A stretch of 16,757 bases of DNA from assembly GCA_000388065.2 (NCBI GenBank), contig KB932207.1; one strand, given 5' to 3'. A program made the position numbers and the translations under genes. The notes beneath the pieces were generated by a model. That model saw only the letters and a program-made list of their open reading frames with translations, ran no database searches and was not told where the DNA came from. Numbering within the stretch: the stretch's first letter is position 1; the number at the start of each line of letters is the position of its first letter. Source of the DNA: Fonticula alba ATCC 38817. Lineage: Eukaryota; Protista; Nucleariida. Below are positions 6,896 to 16,345 of this stretch, piece by piece.

Positions 6896-9800
6896 TCAGG
6901 CAAGGTGCTTCATGATAGACTGGGCCAGGCCACGCAGGCGCGGCTCACCGGCCCGGGCAAAGGCATTCAGCACCTTCAGCAGGACGGTGCGAGCGCGCAT
7001 CTCCTCCCGGACGTCGGTGGCCCGGGCGCCGGTGGCCCCCTGCAGGCCGAGATCCGCCAACACCGACGCCGGGGCTTGGCGCACCGAGATGTCCGCCTCC
7101 AGCATGGAGTCCAAAGTGTACAGAACACGCTGGTAGATGCTCATGTGCTCCGGGGTCATGGTCTTGGGCCCGAACTCCAGCAGAGTGTCGGTGGAGTTGT
7201 CCAGGAAGGAGGACTCCTTGCTGGCCAGCAGCCGAGCCACGGCCGGCGCGCTGGACAGGATGGCCAGCAGCCCGCCAGCGGCCGAGCGCGTGTCCAGCGC
7301 CAGACGCTCCGCATTGGCGACCCCCTCCTCGCGATCGGCCATGGACATGGCCAGGAAGATGCGGAGCTTGTCCACGGAGTTGATGTGCTCCACCAGGGCC
7401 GAGAAGACCTGACCCCGGCGAAGCAGGCCCATGTCCAACGGGCAGTAGGCGCATCAGGCGTCATGTTAGAATGCGATGCTGAAGGCGTGCGGGGAAAAGA
7501 CACAGAGGCAAAAAGCAGACCGCCGGGGTTCCTGTCTTCACCATTCGGCGCACAGGCACACATGCGCACAGGCACACATGCGCACAGGCACACTCACAGA
7601 CACATACTCACACACACACACACACACACACACCCACACACGTATACGCACCGGTGGGTAGTAGCTCAGGTTGCAGAGGAGAGCGCAGGCAGCGAAGCGC
7701 ACACGAGCATTGTCATGGAAGAGCAGCGCCTGGGCATCCTTCAACACGTTCTCCTGGAAGAGGCGCTGCTGGATCCGATCGTCCCCCTTGGACGCAAGGT
7801 TGCCCAGGGTCAGGAGCGACTCGAAGATGGCCAGCGAGTCGTTGCCACCGCCGAAGTTGCCATCACGGTCCTTCGGGTCGGCGAAGGCCTGAATGGTCTC
7901 GGCAGCCTTGCTCAGCAGCGAGTTGACCACCTTGGAGTCGTCCTCCGGCTGGTCATTGCGCAGCAGCCACACCAGCGGCCGGACCAGCATCAGCGACCGC
8001 TCCCCGGGGAAGGCCACCGACGGGTCGAGGGTGGTGCCGATCTTGGCCAGCGCATGCGACGCGATGAAGGAAATGGCGTACGTGATGACGCGCTGACTGC
8101 CCGGCACTTCCAGGCGCAGCATTTGGCTGAAGCTCACCAGCAGCCGGACCGCCCCGCATTGGACCAGATACCCGCGGTGCGCGGGGTCCGTGGCCACCGC
8201 GTGCAGAACCCGAACCGTCAGGCTCAGCAGCGGGAAAAGCATGCCCGAGGACATGGAGCTGCTCTTGCCGGGGTTGAAGGTCGACGCCAGGTGCACCGCC
8301 AGGTTGGTCATCGTGGCCACCAGGCCGGACTCGACCACCTGCGAGACGCGCTTCTTCACATGCTCGCTGCCATCCAGTGGGTGAACCTGGGGGGGCGGGG
8401 AGAGGAGGGAGGGGGGGGGGGAGATTGCCGTTGTCGCCGACAGGGGAAAAAACGAAGCAGGGACGGGTGAGTGAGGCAGCGGGCAGAGGAGATCGAGGGG
8501 GAGAGAGAGAGAGAGATAAAGAGAGGGAGGGAGGAGGGTGTGCCCCTTTTTGAGGCATTCCATTTGCGCGGGTGGGGAGAATGGCCAAAGGGAAGGGAGC
8601 CCGGCCGAGGTCGCGCTTGCCCCTCGGTGTTGGTGGCGGTGCAGGCATGTGCCCGAGCCCCGGGGGGAGGCCCGGGCAAAGGAAGGACACATCAAGACAG
8701 GCGTACCTTGGCAGGGCCCTCGCCGGAGATCTCGCGCAGCTTCATGAACTGCTCCATCTCCTCCGAGCGCCGCGGGGCATAGGTGGAAATGTTGAAGATG
8801 ATGACGGCCACCGCGTATTCCAGGGCATTGGACGCGCCGAAGGGCGAGTCCACCAGCGGCGCGGCAAAGCCGCCGGACTGGTCGCCAGCCGGCGTGGCCT
8901 GCTTCTCCTTAAGCCGGGACAGCTCGCCCTCCAGCAAATCGCGGAAGAGCCGAAGCATGCGCTCACTGCCGGCCAGGCGCTCCTTCACCGGAGGCATGGA
9001 CGACAGGAAGACCAGCGCCTCGATGGCGCCGGCCTGGGCCGTCCGGTCGACCGTGGCCGCCGCGTCGCCCGACGACGATGCCTCCAGCGCATCGACCACC
9101 AAGGTGTCGAGGTCCACGCCGCCGAGGAACTCGCGCCGGTCCTTCGGCACCACGGACACCACCTTGGCCAGGATGATCACGGCACGAAGGACAAAGCTGG
9201 CGCGCAGGGGACGAGACAGGGGTCAGAGGAGGGAGAGAGGCAGAGGGAGGGGGGGGGGAGAGAGAGAGAGAGAGAGCGCGCGCGCGCGCGCGAGGCAGGG
9301 AGAAGGATGAGTCGGAGGGAAGGGGAAAGGGGCCCGGCGAGATGGGGGCCCACAAGCAGGGCGCCCGCACGCACTCGATGTCCGACGAGCGGGACAGGCC
9401 ACGCAGCAATCCGGCCGCTGGACCACCGGCAATGGCCTGGCGAACGGACTTCAGCGACGAGGAGCTCGCCAGCACATCGAGGATGCACAGCTGCAGGGGC
9501 TTCGGCATGTTGCCCACGTCGAAGGAGTACACCATGTTGTCCAGAAGGCCCTGGGAGAAAAGCACCCCGGAAGAGAGCTCCGGGCTGCCGGCGGCCACGC
9601 AGGCCAGCGCCCGCAGAGCCGCATGCTTGGTGGCCAGGTCCTCCACCGAGTCGATCGGATCGCGCAGCAGGTCCGCAAGGACCTGCGCCGTTGGGCAGGA
9701 GGGGATCGGGGCAACGGAGCGGCATCAAGACGAGGCATGGACATGGTGAGTGCCAAGCATGAATGGGGGAGGGCAGGTGACCGGACGGAGAGGCAGCGGG

Positions 9801-11774
9801 GAAGCGCAAGAACAGGGGGCCGAGGAGGGGGGGGGGGGGGGGGGGGGGCAAACACAGCCGGGCTCGAAATGCGCACCGCCTTGACATCGTCAGTCATGAC
9901 CTCCACCGAGGCCAGCTGGCGGAAGAAGTAGGAAACCGAGGACCGAAGCATCGGCAGGGCGGTGACGGCCCCGGCCGGGGCAGCCTCGCCCGGCCGCGTG
10001 CCCAGGCTGGCAAAGCGCAGGAGCAGCGAGAAAACCGGAGTCGCCAGGATGTACTGCACCAGGTTGGCGGCGTACGTCTGGCAAAGAGGATCGTCCGTGA
10101 TGGACGGGGTCACGGCCCGGGCCAGCAGGGTCACCCCCGAAGCCAGGGCCGGCTCACGGGCCGCCAGGCAGGCCCACCGGTGAGCGGCCAAGTCCACCGG
10201 GAAGTCCACGAACACCGGCAGGGCCATGGACCGGGGGCCGGGCTTCCGGCCGCCGGCCGCCTGGCCACCCTCCGAGGTGATGATCCCATCGATCTCGGCC
10301 CCATCGCCCACAAGCAGGCCCAGCCCCTCGACATCGGCCAGGGTCAGCTCGCGCAGGGCGGACACCAGGGCCGGGTAGTCCAAGATGAAGAGCATCTCCA
10401 GCAGGGAAATCAAGTGGATGGGGAAGTCCCGATACAGGGGATCATGCCCGCGCTGCTCGACCAGGCGCTTGCTCAGGTCCCGGTCGGCCAGGATGTCATC
10501 GGACAGGTGGGCCACGCTGTGCGCCAGGACGGCCGACAGGGCCCCCTGTGCGGCCAGGGCGGCCACCGTGTACGTGGTCTCCGGCAGGGAGCCATCCTTG
10601 GGCCCCGTGAAGGACTGGTGCAGGGAAAGCACCGGCAGAAGGCGAGCCGAGGCGAATTTGCGCGCCGGCTCGCTCAGATCCAGCGAGTCGGGGAAGGCCA
10701 GCGCCGGGACCAGGGCCTCGGCCACCAGGCGCCCGGCCACCGGCGACGACTCGGCCACCAGGGCCAACGTCCGGAAGAGGACCGCCGAGCGGTTGGGCGG
10801 GGTCCGCGGCGAGGCGGCCGCCACCACCAGCAGGTTCAGCAGCCGGGGGAGGAAGTCCGGCACAGGGCTCTCAGGGGCCGAGAGCCCGGGCCCAGCCGGC
10901 TTCGGCACCTGTGACACCATCCAGGGAGCAAGCTTGAAGACGGCCGCCGCATCTGGCACAGGGGTCAGGGCAGGTTGTGAGGCCGGGCAAACGTCAGTGG
11001 TCAATCGGCAGCCGGGTGTTGGTCGTAAGGAGGAGGCCGGCAGGCAACGCACCCTTGAAGGCGGCCGACTGGTCGGTGGAGTACATGACCGAGCTCATCA
11101 GCTTGAAGGCCTGGCAGGAGGGGGCCTGGATGCACTTTTTGCGCCGGCAACCGTCGCAACAGGAGCCATCTGCGCGCACGCATCACAGGGAGACGGCATG
11201 TGAGTGGACCAGCCGGGCGGGAGGGGCGGGAAGGGCGGGAGGGGCGGCATGGCGACATGGAGCAGGATCAAACGCACCGAGATCCAGGCTGGAAATATCC
11301 TCAACAATGCCCTTTGTTGGGCAAGAGGGCGAGGGGGCAATGAGGAGGGAGCAGCAGCAACCGCGGAGGGCCGCGTTCCAGGGAGAGTCAGTACATCGGG
11401 CACCGATGGCGGAAAGCACCAAAACCGACAGCAGCGCAGGGGGGGGGGAGACGGCAAGGATCCCGCCCCCCGCCCGGTCAGACTCGCACCATCGAGCGCA
11501 GCGTCTCGGTCAGCATGCGGAAGAGTTCCGGACGCAGGGTCGTGTCGCCCGGGCGCAGGAAGATGCTGGACAGGGCCCCGCGCAGCAGCGTGGACGCGGC
11601 CTCCCACTCCTGGGCATCGATCTTGCCCTGGGCCTGGGTCTTAAGCCAGACCGGGCACCAGGCTCGCAGGGCCGGGCCCTGGGCAATAACACACGGCTGC
11701 GACAGGCAGTACTGACACGCCTGGTCTGCGTGGCCCGCAGGCTGGGCAAGGTTCGGAGAAGCGGCAGAGGACAT
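6896..11774 (-). CDS. UNC45: UNC-45/CRO1/She4 (UCS-domain) myosin chaperone with a degenerate TPR-like N-terminus
   Basis: Eight exons (minus strand): 11774-11490, 11311-11278, 11169-11053, 10952-9877, 9682-9375, 9196-8707, 8386-7652, 7408-6896. Total 3,558 nt = 1,185 aa + TGA; all junctions GT-AG and phase-consistent. UCS hallmarks: KVHPLDGSEHVKKRVSQVVESGLV, RGYLVQCGAVRLL, ASHALAKIGTTLDPSVAFPGERSLMLVRPLVWLL, FESLLTLGNLAS, VRFAACALLCNL, DKLRIFLAMS. The frame is open a short way upstream of Met 11774 (LQQFSSTSS-M), so an extra 5' exon cannot be excluded. Confidence 0.9.
7549..7593. repeat. 16-bp minisatellite (CGCACAGGCACACATG) x2.8, followed by a (CA)n tract to about 7640, in UCS intron 7
   Basis: Units start at 7549, 7565 and 7581 (partial). 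Confidence 0.85.
9249..9292. repeat. Composite G10-(AG)9-(CG)8 repeat in UCS intron 5
   Basis: Read directly. Confidence 0.9.
9827..9848. repeat. G22 homopolymer (C22 on the sense strand) in UCS intron 4
   Basis: Read directly. Confidence 0.9.
11278..11311 (-). other. 34-nt micro-exon (exon 2) of the UCS gene, encoding GIVEDISSLDL + 1 nt
   Basis: caaAG|GGCATTGTTGAGGATATTTCCAGCCTGGATCTCG|GTGCGT. It converts phase 0 to phase 1, which exon 3 needs in order to read open. Confidence 0.75.
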
Positions 11775-12742
11775 GCTACTGGTGCTGCTAAACTGCTGCA
11801 GCGGTGGTGATGGTGGTAGTGGTTTGTGAAGGGGGAGAGTGGGGAGGGGGGGACAGTGGTGTGGATTCTCCGGAGCAAATGGACCAGCACGAGCGCGACG
11901 CAGGGGACGACGACGCGACAGGCAACTAGGAGAGGAAGGAGGGGGGGGGGAGGGGCGGAGAAAGGAGAGGGGGAGGGAAAGTGCACAAGGCCTGTCAGCT
12001 CTCGGGCGGCCGAGAGGGGCCCCACCACGGCGTGAGATGACCTCGTAACCTCCTCGGCCTCGGCGGGTCGTCCCCCACCCATCTTGGTGCCCTGACCACC
12101 GATGCTCCCCCCCCCCCCCTGTTCCCGGCTCATTGGCCGGGGGCGGGAAAGCACTCTCGGGCGGCCGCCGGCGGCCTTTGTCGCGAAGGTTCAGCGTTGG
12201 CCAAGCGGGGCCGCTGACGGATACCCGCCCGGGGCGCCCGAGGGAGGAACACAGCCAGGGGGGATCCACCGGCAGGAGGGAACTAAAAATGGAGAGTAAA
12301 GATATGTGGCATGGAAAGGTGGAGACACATTCCGTACGGCTCACGTGTGGGGAGATTCCCTGGCCGGGCGAAACCCATGAGTGTCCCGTGGTCATTGAGA
12401 GCGCGCGCGTGAGCCCGCCATCGCGCGCCGTTCCCCCCCCGCCGTCCGGCCCCGGGGGCGCCGTCGGTCGCGGCCGCATGGTGTCCGCGCACGGGCACAC
12501 ACACGCGTCGCCCCGCGCCCCGGCCCCGCAAGCGCGCCGCAGTGTTCGTAGAGGCGTCGAGTGGGGCGGTGGCGCATGCGACGCACGTCCCAGGACGGAC
12601 CATCCTCCCCTGGTTCGCCGGGCTTCGGCGCGCGGGTCGCGCCCTCGCAATAAAAAAGACATCTTGCAGATGACGCGTGTCCCCCCCCCCCCCCCGCCTT
12701 GCTTCCCGAGGAGCGGTCTGAACGGGATCTCGAGGCGTGTCC
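11775..12742. promoter_or_regulatory. Divergent (putatively bidirectional) promoter and 5' UTR region between the UCS and DHX33 genes
   Basis: About 970 bp between head-to-head start codons. Contains CACGTG at 12342-12347, a short CG tract near 12400 and an A-rich patch (caataaaaaag, about 12648-12658). No individual element is proven. Confidence 0.55.
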
Positions 12743-14008
12743 ATGGCGCCTGCCCTAGAATTGGCCCCCCCTCGGCCTCCTGGCACCAGGACCTCAGTCA
12801 TATCGTGCGCTTCTTGGCACCCCCCCCCTTCCACCGCCCTCCTCATATCGCCTGTTCCTCCTGCCCCTTCCCCTCCCCCTCGTTAGCTCCTTTCTTTCCT
12901 TCCTTCTTTCCCTCTCTCTCTCTCTCTTCCCGCCCCCCTCTCCTCTCCCTTCCCTCCGCATCCCGGCCCCCTCTTGCCCTGCTGCCACACGACAGCGAGC
13001 CCGAGCGCAAGAGCGCGAAGGAGAAACCAACGCCCATGTCCGAGCGTGAGGAGCTAAAGCGCCCGCTGGCTGACAGTAGTCTCGAGCGCAAGAAGCGCAA
13101 GAAGCTCAAGCTGGCCCGTCTGGCCCGGCAGCTGCAGGATGAGATCGGTGACGTTGTTGCCCCGGCCTCGGCCGATGGTCAGTCCAAGATCGGCCCGGCC
13201 TCCATCAAGCCGGGGCTCACGCTGGATGTGTCGAAGCTGACGACGAAGGAGCTGCGGAAGTTGCAAAAGCTTGCGGCGCGTGCGGATGCCCGTGTCGCCG
13301 CCCGCCAGGCAGCCGCCGGGACTCTGCCAGGCGCGAGCGATGCGACCGATCTCATGCCTGCGGCTCCCCCGGGCGCCGTGGGGAATGTCCCTGCCCCGGC
13401 CCCGGCCCCGGCCCCTGCCCCTGCCTTGGCCCCCGTGGATGCGGCCGGCCCGACAGTCGCCACGCAGGCTGCCGGTCTCGCCTCTGCCCCTCCCGCGGTC
13501 GCCGTGCCGGCCACCGTGCCGGCCATCGTGGCCCCTGCTCGCGATGCTCCCGCCAAAGACCCACAGCCCCTGACCGAGAAGCAGCTCATGCGCCAGAAGC
13601 GCGACAACCTCCGGCGCGAGTCGGCCCTTCTGCCAATCAGCTCCGGTATGTTGCTTGATTCTCTGCCTTCTCCCGCCTGCCCGTTTCTTTCTCTCTCTCT
13701 CTCTCTCCCTCCCTCTCTCCCTCTCTTTCCCCTTCCACTGGTTCAGCTACTGACTCCATCTCCGCTTGCCTTCCCTTTCGGGCCTCTCCACGTCCACTGG
13801 CTGGATGGGCCAGCCGAGAGCATTATTATCGACCAGATCCGTAAGCACCAGGTGGTTGTTCTCGTTGGTGAGACGGGTTCCGGCAAGACCACACGTGCGC
13901 TCCCTGCTCCGGCTCCTTTCCCCCCTCTGCTCGGGCCCCTTTCATTGCCTAACTCAGATGTCATCGATGGCTTTCGCTCGATCCGCCCTTTCGCCTTCCC
14001 TCGGGCCG

Positions 14009-14066
<58 letters not shown>

Positions 14067-16312
14067 GCACGCATGCCCACACAGAGGTTCCCCAGTATCT
14101 CCTTCGCGCGGAATTCGGCAAGACCGGGGTCATCGCCGTGACGCAGCCTCGCCGAGTGGCCGCCATCACCCTGGCGCAGCGTGTTTCGGAGGAGGTGGGG
14201 ACCCGGCTCGGGCACCGGGTGGGCTACTCCATCCGCTTCGATGAGTGCTCATCCCCCGGGACGCGGATCAAGTTCATGACCGATGGTATGCTCCTGCGAG
14301 AGTTCCTCTCGGACGCGGATCTGACCAAGTACTCGGTCATCGTGCTGGATGAGGCTCACGAGCGCACCGTGCGCACGGACCTGCTCTTTGGGCTGCTGCA
14401 TCAGATCCTGGCCCGGCGGGCGGACTTGCGCGTGGTGGTCATGTCGGCTACCATTGACGCGGAGCGCTTCAGCGCCTTCTTCGGCGGGCCATCCCGATGC
14501 CCGATCCTCTTTGTCGAGGGCCGCCAGCATCAGGTGGTGCAGTACTTCCTCGAGCAGCCGACCGGGGACTACATCGATGCCGCGCTGGTGGCCGTGATGC
14601 AGCTCCATGTGGACGAAGCCCCGGGCGACATCCTGGTATTCATGCCGGGCCAGGAGGAAATCGAGTCGCTGGAGAAGATGCTCATCGAGCAGAGCCGTCT
14701 CCTGCCGGCGAACTTCCCCCTGCAGCTGTTGCCCCTGCCGCTGTATGCGGCCCTGCCCCCGTCGCAGCAGGTGCTGGTGTTCCAGCCGGCGCCGGCCGGA
14801 GTGCGCAAGGTCATCATCTCCACCAACGTCGCCGAAACTTCGGTCACCATCAACGGCATCCGGTATGTTGTGGACACTGGCTTTGTCAAGCAGCGCATCT
14901 TCGACCCGGCCACCGGGGTTGAGCGCCTCGAGTCGCTGCCGGTGTCGAAGGCGGCCGCGCGCCAGCGAACCGGTCGTGCCGGTCGTGAGGCCCCGGGCAA
15001 GGCATACCGTCTCTTCACCGAGGAGTCGTACCACAAGAACTTGGCCGAGAACACGGTTCCGGAGATTCTGCGGTGCGTCATGTGGCTGTCTCTCTCTCTC
15101 TCTCTCTCTGTCTCTTTCCCTCTCTCTGGCCGGCTTGGCCCGCTCTTTTCCTCCCACTGCCCCTCTCCCTGAAATCCGTGGATCTTGCTAATACTGTTGG
15201 GGTTCCTTCTTCCCCGCGCCCCTCCTCGCGCAGGACCAACCTGGCGTCGGTGGTCCTGCAAATGAAGGCCATCGGCATCGATGCCATTCATACCTTCCCT
15301 CTGATTGACCGGCCGCCGCTCGGGGCGTTGAAGAATGCCTTCGAACATCTGTATGCCCTCGGGTGCCTGAGCGACTCGGCGCACTTGACCCCCCTCGGGC
15401 GGAAGATGGCCAGCTTCCCGCTGGACCCGATGCTCGCCAAGGCGCTGATTACCTGCGGGGCGGCCGAGCCGCCGGCCGGTGGGAGTGGCGCTTCGGCCGA
15501 TGCCTGGACCCGGGCCCTGGCCAGCGTGGCGCCCGAGCTCCGGTCCCATGTGTCCGGCATCGTGGCCATGCTGTCGGTGGAGAATGTCTTCCACACCCCG
15601 CTCGAGGCGCGGGAGAAGGCCAACCGGGCGCGGCGCCGTTTGGCCGCCGCCTCCGGCGACCATGTTACCCTGCTGAATGTGCTGCGGTCCTTCGGGGCGG
15701 CTGGGGCCCGCAATGCCCGGAAGTGGGCTGACGACAATTTCGTCAATGCCCGGAGCATCGCCCAGGCCAATGACATCGAGCTGCAGCTGGCGCGCGTGTG
15801 CGAGCATGCCGGGCTCGGGGTCATTCATCCGACCACCGCGGCCGCCGGGTATCGGGAGTTCAACCGGGCCGCGGCCGGGAGCTCGGCCGGCCGATCGGCC
15901 GGCTTCGGCGCTCTGGCTGGCGTGTCGGATGTCCCGTCGGCCGCCCGCTCCGTGGCCATGCTCAATGGGTCGGCCGTCGGGGACAATCCCTCGCCCGAGG
16001 CGGCGGACCTGCTGCGTGCTCTGCTCTCTGGCCTCTTCCAGAATACGGCCCTGCTGGAGAAGGATGGCGTCTACCGGACCACCATCAGCCGGCAGCGGGT
16101 GTTCATTCACCCCTCGAGCGTGCTCTTCGGCAAGAGCCCGCCCCCGCGGTGCCTGATGTTCAGCGAACTGGTACGCATGCCCTCACCTGGTTGCACCGGG
16201 CGAGAGGGAGGGAGAGAGAGAGAGGGACCCCGTCGTCCCATCTCCGGGTCTTTTTTTTTGTCCTCCGCTCCTCCGCCTCTTCCCTCTGTCGCGCCTACTG
16301 ACCAGTGCCGTT

Positions 16313-16345
<33 letters not shown>

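Noticed and set aside
7412-7480. Acceptor ccttcAG at about 7479 for the last UCS exon
   Set aside because: It gives CAT CGC ATT CTA ACA TGA (a stop) in phase 0 and lies upstream of the CTAAC branch candidate. The AG at 7409 gives a good UCS alignment.
6500-8470. 656-aa + strand ORF (also 8572-9762 and 10180-10914)
   Set aside because: Antisense to UCS exons. Stop-poor antisense frames are expected with GC-rich codon usage, and no recognisable domain is present.
11775-12662. N-terminal 300 aa of ORF 11478-12662 (-), and N-terminal part of ORF 12133-14244 (+)
   Set aside because: They read through promoter and C/T-tract sequence and give Pro/Arg/Ser-rich nonsense. The two ORFs overlap each other; only the downstream portions look coding.
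14249-16110. Minus-strand ORFs of 302 and 513 aa
   Set aside because: Antisense shadows of the helicase exons with no independent motifs.
16200-16250. Possible hairpin between the GA-rich and CT-rich parts of helicase intron 5 (GGGAC/GTCCC)
   Set aside because: Only about 5 contiguous pairs in low-complexity sequence, which is expected by chance.
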